From the NCBI GenBank assembly GCA_964525635.1, contig CAZGJX010000005.1:9543-73542 (forward strand): 64,000 nucleotides of DNA, in the 5' to 3' direction. The notes below the pieces were generated by a model. It ran no database searches and was not told the origin of the DNA. It saw nothing but the letters and a program-made list of their open reading frames with translations. This document shows positions 52,201 to 54,456 of the stretch, piece after piece. Made by a program: the position numbers and the translations under genes. The stretch is from an uncultured archaeon (GTDB lineage Archaea > Asgardarchaeota > Lokiarchaeia > Sigyniarchaeales > SOKP01). Positions within the stretch are counted from its first letter, which is position 1. Each line of letters opens with the position of its first letter.

Positions 52201-54444
52201 GCTTATCTGCGCCCAATCAAACCCATCAAATGCGGCATCGAATGCCTCAATTGATAAAGTTTTGTAATTATTAAAATATATGATATTTTCAATTGTTTTA
52301 TTGTAAAGATTTATCCCATTTTCATATATCATATCCTTTAAATTAAATTGAGGGGGATCATTATCAAAATAGCAATCCATCTCCTCTGTAATGCTATTTC
52401 CCGCATAATCGATTGCTTTTATGAATAAATCATATGAGCCTGATGGGAATTGGTTTGTATCTATGATCAATTGGTATATATTATTTGTTATCTCAATTAA
52501 AGTATATTCCGGAGAATCAAACCTAAGCCCTGAGAACATATTTCTAAGAGTGACTGATAAACTATAATTTGAAATATCACTGACAGAGAGATTTACAATA
52601 AATAAATCTTTCCAATAGGTACTAGCAATTTGGATATTTGAAATGATAGGTGGAGATTTATCAAATATTAAATGTATGGTATGGTTTATTGTAAATCCAT
52701 TAGTATCTGTACATGATAAGATTGTCTCAAAATCCCCTTCATTTTGATTTGGGTCGTTAAACGTAAAGGAGTATAGAGAATCTTCATTATTCCAATATCC
52801 TACAGTGTTATATAATGTTATGTTTTCTATTCCTGAAATATCTTTTATGATAAATTCTATTGTTCCAGAATCGGGATTTACTGATGTGTACTCTTCAAAT
52901 TGTCTATACACAATTGGAGCCTCATAATCAATAGTAAGTATATTATCTAAAATGTAAGCATCTTTGATACCTGATATGTCTTGAAATACCCCTATTACTG
53001 TATAGTTTGATTGTGGTAATGCTGTAAAATCATAATTACTAATAAATTGAGCCTCTGGTGTGCTTATGAGTGAAACACCATATTCAACTGTAATTGGGGA
53101 TGTTATTGATCCATAGACTCCATCAAGAGAATTATCGGTAAGTAATGTAATAAATAATTCGTTATCACCTACATCTATGAAATAAGAGAAATTGAAAAGA
53201 ACAGTATTGAGATATATACTCTCGATTGAGCATATAATTTCATACATATTATTTAAAGGTAACACAAATCTATTGTTTATTATTTCTATCTGCTCATTAT
53301 CAAAAGTATAGGAAGATATGTGATCATAATTTGCATGTAAATATATCGTGTCAATTAGAATTCCTGATAAGTCATATAACTCAAGACATGGAGCTGCATT
53401 ATTCGAAAAAAATGGTATGGCATGTGAATTATTATATGCATCTTTTCCTGTATTAAAGCTCATAGATGCATAATTATTATCTATTTCAACTGAAATATTT
53501 GATATGGATATGGGGCTCTCGAATACTTTATCCACGACTGTAATTGTAATCTCTTTTGATGTGATATATTTTGTTCCTTGAAACAATGATATATCTATTT
53601 CAATATTGCTAAAATCTGATCCAAAAATATTATAATAAGACGAGTTTAGCTTAATACTTGGATCTAGATCCCCTCCTGTGAAATAATAATGATCTTCTTG
53701 CACTACTGGATGTGAAAGTGTAAATCTTTCATAACCAGTATTTATATCAACAGAAGTTATATCGTTGGCTATTGGAAATATTTTAAGATCAAGCTCAATC
53801 ATTCCCTCTTGATCGTGGCTATATAATGTCTTATCTAATCCTTTTATAATAAATTCAAGCTCATTATCAAGGTCCTTAATTATCCAAAATGACGAGTTAT
53901 AGAGTATTTTACTATTACCTAAATCATCACTACCGATAAATCTGAAATATAATTTTCCATCACGTAAAGACAAAAGATCAAGACTCATCTCTAGTAACGA
54001 GTTAGGATCAACATTTATGGTTGCATAATTAATCCAACTGGCTTCTGGTGTGTCATATTTATATTGGAAGCTTATCTTCTGGAAATTTATATCATTACAT
54101 AATATTCCAAGAGTAATTATGTTATCATCGATGTTCCAATATGTTGCAGTACAGTTTAGAGTATAATCATCTTCAAATAATACAACTTCAGGACCATTTA
54201 AATCCAATATAACTTGTGGTAGCGTGAAATTATATTGGTAATATGGAAATTCAGAACCAAATGTTAAATTACTTTCGATTATAAAATTAATAGTATATTC
54301 ATCATCATTAAAATCATTCTCTATAATCCAACTTGACAAAATATCAAGATTTATCAAGTTGAAATCTGAGGAAATCTCCCTATACATAATAGGGGTATTT
54401 GTAAGTAGTTCTACATTTCCAGAATGATTAACAAATACATTCAT
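16279..54444 (-). CDS. Giant surface protein, C-terminal 12,721 aa (LamG domains, beta-sandwich stalk, propellers, Ca-binding loops, hydrophobic helices, Lys/Glu-rich tail); in frame with 54457-59061
   Basis: A 38-kb open frame in AT-rich DNA cannot arise by chance. LamG motifs occur at about 41765-41145 and 40320-39670, and split at 41118-41053 plus 36570-36070. N-x-S/T sequons are abundant. It has no signal peptide of its own. Confidence 0.93.
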   Translation of the reverse strand: MNVFVNHSGNVELLTNTPIMYREISSDFNLINLDILSSWIIENDFNDDEYTINFIIESNLTFGSEFPYYQYNFTLPQVILDLNGPEVVLFEDDYTLNCTATYWNIDDNIITLGILCNDINFQKISFQYKYDTPEASWINYATINVDPNSLLEMSLDLLSLRDGKLYFRFIGSDDLGNSKILYNSSFWIIKDLDNELEFIIKGLDKTLYSHDQEGMIELDLKIFPIANDITSVDINTGYERFTLSHPVVQEDHYYFTGGDLDPSIKLNSSYYNIFGSDFSNIEIDISLFQGTKYITSKEITITVVDKVFESPISISNISVEIDNNYASMSFNTGKDAYNNSHAIPFFSNNAAPCLELYDLSGILIDTIYLHANYDHISSYTFDNEQIEIINNRFVLPLNNMYEIICSIESIYLNTVLFNFSYFIDVGDNELFITLLTDNSLDGVYGSITSPITVEYGVSLISTPEAQFISNYDFTALPQSNYTVIGVFQDISGIKDAYILDNILTIDYEAPIVYRQFEEYTSVNPDSGTIEFIIKDISGIENITLYNTVGYWNNEDSLYSFTFNDPNQNEGDFETILSCTDTNGFTINHTIHLIFDKSPPIISNIQIASTYWKDLFIVNLSVSDISNYSLSVTLRNMFSGLRFDSPEYTLIEITNNIYQLIIDTNQFPSGSYDLFIKAIDYAGNSITEEMDCYFDNDPPQFNLKDMIYENGINLYNKTIENIIYFNNYKTLSIEAFDAAFDGFDWAQISTPLYYQYGVESVRLNLTKTLASHNLVISGELDYGKLEYEIIGFSDPVNYNISLIKSITSITIGGYIINDFEVILDCEKLILKIGESSRHLLSSKNSDSIYATFYEATSNKIPLTFDSDSREWRLMSFDIRNYLPTITEGESFLLWFEITDGMELATGGAQLGNTIVTQKFKGIYDPAILKQAGSLFQWNLGTNSTNAGIVLFGSETYSDSTITIKSSLVDKNPLGQSDINRILLYCSIDGNSWENIGRAYYSGDIDQWNYYWDGDLLEQIPNFNYIKVLILDKAGNYLTEISNIVLYDFAQVELITNLVFGDVFEFDEIEIINSQIIAGQISNYFDSEEFWDVCSQYYNVLTNKWIPITTEPTIIDAGSYTITWDFNKDPEFYNSIREFNYSYIPVQVTPITSNNLWGSWGVFNPNGEFQPIILVKNDLYVDLIIYKFNETNGWIKDDVLSAEGLFNSSYNQIFKLFDINRDGIAELIILSPDQMNVFSFYNDNWNSFLNITSNSEYKNLLFDLYYDGNIGKTVLITVQEDETGKQSFCKYQIDDGFNAIKKVRQQAPIGFIPSSIKIVESLISEQDKSILIGGLIEGSYYSQLIHFDYNNLNPQNVIVNSILGKISVIEKSQKRILLGLSRQLLGKMDTVYSVKYSQEANDWIKVDISGFEEEKFQILDLLALSEEDSEKLIVASHTGLFEINIETLKDKYTISSPICFTSTIKTRQELEQFRTGYKLTLGPYQIDKINKISFMENNKWYYLSPDFYTLADKFSIYLDLKNPYLGIIWSNLENIKVDYSFLSYYSEEITSIDPSFNRAQGRPDRTDTSASAQFYGENELDLAWINNYGTSNHYSLHLLEDCNTYRRQSVISGSGYLLDIPVSTRIGWNNQYWGEEYYSMSELQNNLIYYGDSYDSGILSETLEGKEYSRLDLAEDEFDGKYEGNYIDSVWISDPILGDTYNFSSMYYDNIHSSSGIYNFFEQEISVQNQMINFSLYNSPYGGIESQGALTDGVFLERFEDATIQDIELALLNREEYICALLANLNQAYGFEFVNKIPTVDKNGIKAIEIAFDASILSSAFTEEYPLSVLIYNYAEDRWEALDITSSYDYEYFWAFNSGYQTSIDKFTPGWGTASIDSMQTVSFGINQYFIDEYEHFEFDPLVENGGNFLDNDYSSRLYQKNVLQADKSQISIYQNSTELSNKYQLNNIVLDLVNGFKTTQYTRFPNPYGIFETVTPSTFYRDYLNLNQEFRIQVCTEKLSILPYEYITVGDFKTFTRTNTNYLNYEDFDTYLSTQSLSDNIDMTENGLILEGRSGFEMNEGISNTPEVQSEVRTGYIRFLENTIQIVSGDGYLFSPVSLQDIDGDLYTIYSQQKQEHEIEFNIETEPIDGINDLDKLEITVFAYSPLLLENNLQIFYRDFTGEYIPTQVQIIDDDTFKITINKNDFIRLYDSSRQNYRLKLKLLVTNLASFYIDIDSIIAEKISNQFTSHDAYRAELRFNIPYDDVGGNITFKLNDELSFTFEDPVNEDGGYLDYGGNENSLVVFYDCSQQVWKAYLNFEPSTYLTGDPIWEYEDADPEILCPGIEIDYPLSGQLLITKLEHQFYKRIEDQADFQAYKDMISQIGDTKTNEITYSDFLTTPENAFSHISADINIIYSFHDEMQENNILDTSLITDSYTTQNNGLNLGYTYQEQSTNLDSVMYYNDMLGSGGINYNGGYRYPFGNNGDGISGSLESDDLYNYTVQYYGDDIESYLTFYPAMGENIYEEDFEEDGSSWILYNNVNYEFYKESPQMSNYLTENITLIQTTWDRLGQTSKTAPYIDAINSYYFHKGYWYIIGGYQGSGRVCKFNRDFSNVLDSWDIDGDDIILVDRYWYVLSYDHVTKYHYDWTPTGDQYQLSIGANTAWGISYYNNYWWILCVGINNQWESYIYRFDNDFSNGIVVCDLMNPNYFLLARQFGRDENSWWVSYAWYNGSGRTVINYDDDWNEIGDVYEQEGNLLFDIRYFDHYWWEINGPGDFLYYYNNEYDVSKYNRGNGYFYMQTNTTEILKCRSPDNLDLQLKENDIIEISFSTTSQNQINLNLLNQGIQQSSYILSEQGNTDINARTEYIIIESDLDISQFEISGLFEDTQNFVLYRIEIYRHDPHGGLYNSLDDYYLFYDGSISDILGGQDWETSLTLDGEEELVLGEDMIHFEAYYPNLPITSNSFRIDIYNNTYWYHWFHEGRIINLDMFNLFWINQHVNISVNNPIITIQEDLSRQISSSIPIKNSMFNDPLFSSNSIRYTIKNSIIFPTFGRGAENIENIYLTSALNALDFRFELYNDPNEAQYPNSITNVEGSDILQYNPEQLQNSTYYEDSRFSNSAIDNAQIVLLTPIELNFGDINVDDFTTMSLETYIGLNLTLSNRKYNSQWSYRYRLMYYNYTSSQWQDFQGKLRAGNNGIERTVWNIAGIHGTNPINYLQQPNSESFIPIYDQNDIQFANPIIFENIDKNIIDNGILKLALLSYLLPGNFTPSADGICLSFERENPIIPIEISQNLDIENTILVGQEIQTVYADPSLELICDVAPEISYVDLNNYNIGDIISVKGIIKDFEGITYLHEVFNYRIDENHHLYYSSPLKDYFLQMIINYVPELSLIFNEINGYWYLPNSTIINGVMFNNSYFVTNVRDGDTFFGTYGHPETDVGYTMGNDQYGTYLDFNSQVKAPTGAVRFQKVNNLPLSGISLEDDLLYTYDILDTEDEFIGGTLTLELNAGFDDIQSSDLRQITMMDYYLNVKLYRRNPDGLETFIGFINVDLDHSITRYKYYEFEFQIQDFNFTQNGREELINSLYKGYGNDLLVRISSSVENCLVRGYLFEGYFVQELLSATLKIQSLDSKMLFDNTQVSTSYILIEQKNIPLIRIAEGVYIFDIGSLDYNFGFNITSLRAENGILQEDEFEFDKDNNKIILLKEYRGYSGLLYADVMFHAFAWKDGYVSMLNPISIKFNDNYQENIAKYLTIDITYDETGVPGYDNMIVDKVSRRIILGDECKEASDLIIYLYNFIEEKWEGIEYIVYDQVNAPLSFTYVLDREFICFEDFFNQTKEGFELKMIFAVEESYETKFCSQVGFSIDSIASNIYTNSIDSEYKAQPSIEFDIDITNYYNNEQININKINLKPYFHGYIHTDFDLAQFSLIQEKYSFYALNKYLEYEQINDKSNNLLIFGQDDLTNFLLYDTNNEKYYIRVRIQYKWEILLGILIQFDKKIDIISSLELIKYDIEVEYEKDETTRISSQEQFLEFDLVAINAPNYIVHDSSISIIPEDNNIDIGILGGYLRSTETSQKVMIRQTLIYTFQDSLLGHLEVVLDHTYSDIALRFIRPTGMLEQQSNYYIKNNEYLSFVSEENLEKIELFYLNQFSEYEYIGNFSQNLDRLDKYEYIWEHIQSTTEVMTGDIITIKIRLTDTYGKVNEYIYSFEADFDAPSPTISIGYESMSFENNYANPLTNISFTHGENFVISNWRFDEESGSTVTDSFGGNDGIMMNMEARDRIVGVVGEGSLAFDGIDDYILIPTNQLLQFDHQDNFTIALWVRTLATSGTIIRTEDVEKGGYGLYLNDGRTCFFVRDNNNAKASLVSTRVINDGNWHHLIAVRSMNTISLYIDGNYDCSSIDSTTNSLNSDNDIFIGVYESNEIFYDHLTGDLDDIYIFSYSIPEEEVEMFFYSSETGEIETLWLDFEDSSSNGVVGNSMNFEHPSESSPSQQDISINSGRINKQGDLNNENNEMIIESTSIEDLGSELLDHETYNSLDPSYMSHSYLPNDISSEFFVDNGVYMFNSFPTSTTQISYTGWIVESNSYYTETNYNDGGIFSSYLNQETNTYVPSFSDIDIQEGEITELGDFYNEDNQPMFNSTSSSFNYDFSEPNNIYYEPLFNEDFTQFDPSYMEHSSIPDSYSSTLDMNPLEMQNDYPHELYTEEWDDWELSNIPQYTDSYFCEEFGHWGLDEGTGNIAEDSISNYDGIIAGASYTSGKVGDYALDFDGTRDYVNFGDIDALDAPSRFSIALWFNRKSDDYRYTNHGVHNILFAQSSIASNDNIELGTHREFIELYLDSEEGYNGLKSYNAQIQNNIWYHLILTYDDNDPNEVKLYLNGNLIQQWSQWEGKLHSSEESPVTIGVARPEMTFPKADFHGMIDDLRIFNYALSQIQIDLLYNDGEGQIDDLKTIIPIRDLSSELNLIPSSQVDNIQSFSYENAEGYYSGGDYYIARNHYNNSSNPGPYNEDGDYYGIYEITHPSSAELNYKRFPLEWYEYGGAKADFQITAGLSTLRWNWRFKFDTGIDMANPTLQIHDLHIPIRIRFQDSHWGGESLKLYVQNNNFGWDFCRDLDFNENYDNVNLEDYLDDTNLLNYINEDGEIWIKLDAICDGVWLLSTSSRTWIDQLRCDVEWSVEPSIECDFDYGILDNQRDYYLYFRGKTDQGTATFNIDDNPAFTIREEWTDIDSYFIEDPAKLSIIMNSLETDNIIIDYIYLREAVPGPYPVALLSKSTDFGGFLNRYDDYNEFQNKYDVKILFMYRFTQNLDLPQDIDCTAAELHFEGGKLADLINDGAWHIFLDTYELADYDGQNDLLEISFLISNGLLQVAYLFYNVEFKCLDLSGNVYLQQSLEVDYPYEDTLSQYEKENGNFFVNATYQFSTIDDGLYYQNKYGRSNKFEILYHIKSTGEWYTFHYDINENNTEEYCFNVRQFMDDNNLGVLEDIKIEYVILGKSQLVVNQLSLYDRRSFIPPELSFTVNAHLDTEIEDTLEEVRLNYKYQLSQFTVNPYDQFSLEIFDYMHTEWDIISTNPATYFIEEIFTCSLTDHISVNNNLKFRISSTAGNFEEQFALILDQFYLEYDLRKSSGDINAMLTNMVNLPFLDQYNDHSQFQEIFNVTVGFNYSFTTEDVQYGSTAEVIIDNTPHLLITDGISHTFSYNFLFDSGFRAPEVNITFKISNGVLAFSQIKTDMYFECINASGHRILQQEFSTSYFRIIDPLSSFEKSQIRFQYNVSYEFLPLEADYYTYHNTYGYTEPLTIKYFIKADNNWYTYSHLADSYENKTLSFNIKLFMTERELLELQDFKVSFILSGNNNLLKIREAIFYNKLLTPASINMTIECPLLGDINTQKIELLYSYRVNLSEYTDFFTQLKIWNYNTNSWENLNTQISDSYISKSFSLKSSYISPEDNIKILLIAKNYFESFKIDIDIIKTVAFNYIQTNPIINSNQSPFTFAAWVKIDSITGQSAIYGEYNEDGDARNYISARPNGIVSFEYYSDNVVSVKSDPLLLEEGNWIHLTIAKSGDRIVFYKNGEQYGSPAYLSAGYRGALPTKIGIGARYCGSNYENSWYSSVLNASVDDIRCYKEVLTTKEIKWLYNDGNGRFQSLHTLSKQKYSLNPIEQYKIIDLITGEETEWINFHSVAVKRLSDFGELPSNFSLLYRVIDTAGNIMETMVYNSNCTYILYSTQSEHNLTWNNNIIDLNDLGNERKISFLNEGQFGNVPLLDVFINNFRYGSAILNGSDYVISFGEINNDETLVGYSESLISNNIYSNINPLNKISWEVRDNEEDFFGVVKHVLVDGDIIISNSFTYNKTQVLNLDHIYDRGFALKSFVRMHQAYWYNTSGDGENVFQPLIYAIDYIVEENGIITFPEYSIVHKLYSENFEDVKDGKIYFDYGASEFSNQLSLSNAEGFFLNFTMPSIHYHHTTIDKLIVQFNYFTGDAFAKTYYDIDLRTFFLENKEKYEQEIHGFGQVMTIPLYISLAELDASNPSEMFNLRMLESITLKISDSNSWPASFIQDIGDYDILDLPYQRVGISDLCLYNFISDTTQQDEDDLVQADITFKAPDYYGIEISDQVKIKRLEILLTDFKIYYERTNIEVNYNVEYSDFLDVYFRYDHSLGKAPLNSLMHIPLSLVNKSTGEIHSFGTAHFIEKHDEEAPEGFYSDYYFTRFEVPKVLGFNEYILTGIEGTSLFNTTIQMQPFLLNITQESLSEDEPIYLSQDNYELEFDSLSETLLLEGMILDNDKYLVEDRVYSYEYQEALDGKTVHFLDIKAPFDDNDFISTSEFAVYYLDNDLKIIPLYSSIGGKQIFDDVHLSEIPAISYIDNQYRLNMYWNSKTSEFIDYDTHILVSYTMQKGRPLSPMSYGPLDQFGNDKREYLTEVEFARYDAISREFRTEEEFIESFYIQKELLYSDISGASTPWLNGVPYTDDSQIIQTGVVMLDAVYVNKSNDIMFVELGESEYQYEINSQGQLKVYNLPYEDGDIFKVVYYGYKPVKTVHPLTTCLSTIEYIRAYNDTGKYYELNESDYYISNDGYLIYFKDIHNSILAEGGFTIYDKFEIKYHAPLTEQIDLGSNLLLTMQDEKGNYIAIDSIPIEATGEFRYEEKLSVNGRLSLPIGGGKTLVNMKLLYLPLSLYNLTSNSTEMINYNREYGKIHSYKEGNWERSFKITTIPKKIKLELLDDFTDQTTIINSNFINERDYLFTTNPAETLEEGEEYSSIRIYTTVKDEHVFTFKLSEMNDAQQIGINNSIVWLCIGFVPKSETGFINNMIVDEEGNPTYYESLGTDPITYTGPGVGSKKMFSRPDLYDTATIYDNEKYGPYYWNWGITDAKGEVSFNLNFDQDYIADFLDIFGSLESVQSIENISLYIRAFTTPFGYSDYSWQDFAIINPDQYLCSENNTIFDGINYPLNYDFADMKLRDSTYAEGIINLYHKDIALGAGDFYSYKLPDLRPDDPYQQEREIYEDLVLHLRVTEANPIPNAEGKSTQFLRKVYSQTELEPTSTNILTGNHTYYAIVNFHDPAGNLQGSYYKEIEETYDGGRIIINNETMISLLERLGPGISLITIQVEETENYKASPVVRMPLEVLPPNYLKFGEKNTKIDLINSYINAWGDAYSGSNEMIFESNYPHIIGTIFVAPYFSSGQELSIQDYIELSASCEIINDDGSSEPFMLRNNIHLRPLNREGFLDFDIGLGPEDAFLMGVNNIVNITFNIEKTTLDTIYNENRNIDIFLLDLRVEKNPSSSNPNTTWSFFKDQFESTEFPLEIDPNVISSQSGLLTLGGISDDVEYGIEVKHTYDPEVESYSIDSNSNLLELLGLVEIIPISIQGLQNKEEYEFVKEVDWTANEGNALLEQSMITFNNDYMVPDNQSDFKVIYTFEFNFETNNWNNYFGKISLGPQSNSINSTEISFKFIDNFLPSSEDARSPMYMQYKQECASGTGSMEYSLDYTLQTLNIDDVIIYNKDELETLSGGDVSIDIDTNGHPIVNFTNAPAQDFTIIYGLKTSYELGYGFQKQDRRYSNSIRLIYNDEDIMNSIINPLSEPFPSVELDDSVIYIGLDENETVLQLYDLPLLASPEVNVSFVFDQIIVDQLKALQGDNSLIIDFYFDNFQTNGYYHDSLNISLNYDEISSQLDNGIYRVTKSINLDALYNAFGIGNTNVFIVLSQEGESVEYLSYILLDTWEYICDTHLVEMYDFMPKDRLGNMDVQSVVSTNHYYQILSEPLRNSELYPYLPASPFNLRENSQITIAVEDMDYADLVSLNNYEFNYIGTQETLTISDDDFNMITNLGLLFNSYNLEETRYEEGYLSLYSGAQTEVSGQTSHEKDCRIRYADDLYKADYTSSLTNNNGYMKATSWNDTIILTDQFLSTREVDVRGTVLYHQLFDLARNVVSQSEVLDLFGPHIHTNTTFGLRLLDDVAISSIRQIGEPYQYDLSIQGYPTGEYTDGTYCNVNTNLESNSFIPSENIIPEGNYSVQYLNNGSKYLLFTISLEEVNNSAIDNLIMLDFWAYALFNEGIDYYLRESPEDPLITRLVWDYSYKSINEFTLHPDLNFGESFEVSYYSLDWGTVSQDYIFSTQDSFTFQPTLRSKIYVDYEDSNSNELEGFSILNVVPSDQFSIDIFTHVGCQIWDGENTGTIQRYTIGTANKYIIEDNTTTWRYYLNYTAFKHDIPDGFELLEDSTSIIHIKYESRQTKYRLSQTPFVYNRLDSQFSDYYITITIGVNGPYTSNIDAEFDKYVVGIVDNNIILNETNITPGSQITIQYYYKQAPTLLDRKHFLTVIYPWSHSFEQLLDDAATDVSDNPLINYRERYRKLSGGSIITPFEYGLSLDSTYMLYLSYRLNERNYYDEKHEFNYNNPQYTYDYIPIGLNESIDVYEEVDGTPSVRIHYYNEKGLLQILDESHYTIDTTSHTITLLDDGNDIVAINNIYEFWISFIPSLNDQAFNSYKFSYSPLDNERPLDLNYWTVMDGEPLDTIPNLGAHWFADYGESSYNNVSCYATQIGAHLERGETLVFDLAGELSWFSPDLLESIHRGEYSSLVFNALIENYNALDSIIIILNDTTGIIEGYTQEISIEDLVMWDSNIEVNLPISVNTLQKISIIPQFTDQGPYHPSNTKVSTIDYAVWSTEDLLEREGVSYMEFELSAPLNEGQVESVYLWDIELNYIALPEDINYVYRVEKDVLGQDVYILEIPSIFIDPFNSTNHLEFADGDVFIIRYETPLEHSVSIGIEKTYFNKKHALYDDLNYEAEIMLVNASSSTAYEQFTDDYYYHIELPITPFDTEITNSFKEVRFELNLTEFEAHAIDSMVEFSHLLISAPHLSYEITIDQIEIVEIIEGTSGSSSFDTRIWRFTETEEFTAGDNPTDDSYTLAFENEPLLFGDSDTQDIWLNYIHIIDDNYIYYSAGALGVNDQLIYHDANRSLTWNDEFDRYQDFLGSEIALPHMVDPNSTFYVNYCTNTSWKVPIALNYENIDANSLEIYYSQSGFPLTPRYEMFLGEVIDNSDSYDYNIEQFYQESFTVYDRSSDTYIHKFNVEQPFATNFTNFELYNVVGVFPNLTRSEIRNDYSNYYFTLDKIDNTFTIITLGGTPLFDYDYITISFNYTTGPVSSFTLLTLSEQFRSDYLSNIEDSFYEYLSISFEYAYNDGYILFSQDHDAIVSDYTSFTALNYSRAESDLTAELFDTSNLFEDFQIYYDPYNIILECDLDMDQNPDYKQIIDIDRDGVFDITKYGFLNATENSIIWHTIIQDSTLTSSFFNISQGKVMRTQWFDIDDSLFADYEFNLATILGLGFGIFNTLALLETVARIFLPDVDYYAQKFMQDSTQIFGEITSKYYMISVDEDRDSYADKKITYESETTISHVKNYKEERAIIAGKPRNVKNYIVDYTVASWDRLCGGGGEDAIFNEILTEEKLDNYDFDYPDGFTYLYPGLESTLQATYRKYTQLGVESLKEDVKSEVITVQEFEKGEVISIRSYRDLFDDGQIGMSFNLAREGKRIIRDLELGVESEVSLNVANAIYTPITINGYTQETWQDYGKDAIPIKYDSIQILNEDGSDEIVNFYETEITLVLPNRFSTYYDYNKGSNAVGDVELAITGVFITPPDGRVYYTSDKDSFKNSWGAKTSGSYFYVDSNSDGLYDVVYIVENDSNCDGKYNVISVGYIYGTPTQYSFCPYIRKQVESPYETLRDDYTDILSKEGHKIYGSNWRYKYERLDNERLLFPVNIDDGLVAKDHIFEVRKLVNRSSQISKYPQLFYEARKREYSRIWKEYDAQFLGDVGEQVLSTLIASAASSLITILSYGTATSLAHAAYFAVYSLLTKYFMDLKMHEMTSVQTADTFYPENVNRRSPKSLNEKDYWDDFWGESLPAALTGHTGAYYTRVVGGNPGNDYTAHVIASPPNGDRAVSVYSNLASFLLTGGLIDFTPPDEQLPFDHKNLDFFLVSSELYTYNDIPFYRYHQSGGSTDLYTQYQENTLGYVSYAISRETNGTLSSVIPTCIDGAPTYIFSDIEGGFNEALYKPLVVDQDHYDQLRKYDLTTGYLTIEVALPQIENTRGITTQELSKEEITMDYKDKIPLASKIGGFEYPISQILLYLYKDSTQIGDPLEISDSDYVLDSGDLYFMTPINELITLNAYTSGTYYYKIQIEFEKIIPDTTEETAKLALTQITSHMVMDYFNQYSFATQSAGMVAEMKYTKDLTLQSTIISTPLIILGSYLTGVAKQAYTEAAAMAGKQVAMQALNSIMASQIQRVTSQQIIKNLLTQMAVRTAVGTVSEVMQEVIIDGVIETVVGSIARTMGWSDELGFWLSTFATSARETKFFGFLTSGTGAQISQQSLSYNAQIFVAMKSNKDFQNWLNNVVLQSSGISEEQVMLQKREAILAMISELQIFGKEATVPTIKKLSALFIASGLTLFIPSLSALGSTLALEYIYSKFLDNVDMKLLHTYQIHLNNRMRFKDVISSLKKPGLMLNTRVLIDDSVVKDLKRLPTIPVVPETDEQQQVRVFNNVNNKIAAYSATSSTVLAIDREGMPEKGRSKKESPLSNIEELLKAQAIKEKLEMNQENIKQIKEISESIDSSQKVEGKNSVIEVNREADIDEESGEYQEIYIEDLMLKIPVKGEYTINELKAVVIQKLRDKLSLAQIQIEAEGVKIDLNLEFTDSFGNTKFIDKTTTLSKIATYFGFANIEGCISVDILNIEETIGTGISIRTKLERETREALEPLGKNIEEIEAIEYFLDRFMGFVASDPTKGNPRNLERIFNTKELSDSIEKARKKYHKDDEKNYYENFGEFALKLGQLADKIIEGTQDFNYENVKKRVRTVLETLYVGLAESDNENEKKNENKFYTALAQYIFDVITKEYDTRTGKTTAEIALRKNIMKLLFIQLYSIPFEDGIPTYELDPNSKENQGEIYYRLSRILSCLLEENYNLGNIYAENKKLDPNLLLYQAFIGSIFLPPGILMVEDYKTLKEAYKFVDLGQYIGVEGANLETLATSLLLPKEIFDELARTFDLDNSDIDDIKEILSKRYTIINPIILDTQEESFTLEGRQILSESKPFVIKGIKIVDMKGLHIIDIGDGKEAKYIIIGSPSKMVRKGLYGRGGKDISETGIINDIFRMIFYSTLYKTKINKETTARVIANAAFFGDEDFVDSETGERLTTLDGFGKVIGNKLFLMKVPGELGGRKEVSFISERIFKAIPSLFIEQVAFETIHEITKDWEEIKSNDDNSKNNYRLKLKQFIEEDKNWQEIETTFNEIQEKQVGKPLIKDFRNEKKELKKYLLEILATDNSMSDYYGEYFDKETKTTRYGITSNNMLGFYYPSNRKLPYDEIPLEIKENSVTNRKNDIKIDDTTGMMDGSYAWAFKLEGKDIINRFIRMEINEKGQYTPAKGQDISDWHLGYAYYDEKDTLQISQMFMVTDENSNVLESRWLIIDKDVKDRGLNWFEDKNLWKKEKNKEGMEGAIQPILFLHSGFGNTKNAISLEFQLTSTYLWQGHKFDYRTWLFEKYKSLPRKSDSIVKYVNKNFPKNMKSNQESIAFRNGIFRYIYHYTSTTIKIFATDITNQQYADWNNIKKDIVEQRLDHIIKTVAYNLDPQNYEEIYNTLSDNMFFNDFKGKERLIENLKFDGKQDVKKWTAIMWDTLKKYKENKKDSPEFKEMDKLIDNFVFEENNRFTDEWTDETLGKAQKLHRLVVAILGRITYLKMLEGSAMFKDGVLIPLSLQRKILDQNLGKNHLILKNLERLSFLMEYVDSKYKDDYIDYLLGSVIAGVKIAIEISGNTKYIDAMNILDSSTWDSSNPSIADINNKLLETSEEKNREFNPITANQYSDYLIETIAAQYKEWSPDTSIEDIQCSAMANILDKLMTIWNSQVGKKFNKEDNEEKFFKDNQKYYEAIVRDRLDYILNIRKRPEIRKLFKNALLYKKGFPAPLDFSLDPDPNQLDDIFVLHLTDEHFRHEASLFYDDGQFLSSFIKITIGKQDKNINTRLTYQKEEIINFVKAFQTLIAKAAITHGTVYLVPLKKSKDGFIQDKSYTNKLTNIIEQYKKTYKQIRKLSGDSGWTLDKYYWNSRFDADPHMVFTIQENQVDANKLTIKDFDLSLIMSLFLQGDSFAIVPHKEQDLFITLIDYYGGQFKKTEIFGGNEGPTPRGIEYIGGYDDLISDLQKSLRELRKIHVAYPQFYGNIEYTLPLLKEFAEAWNSIFRI

Positions 54445-54456
54445 GGAAAGTATATG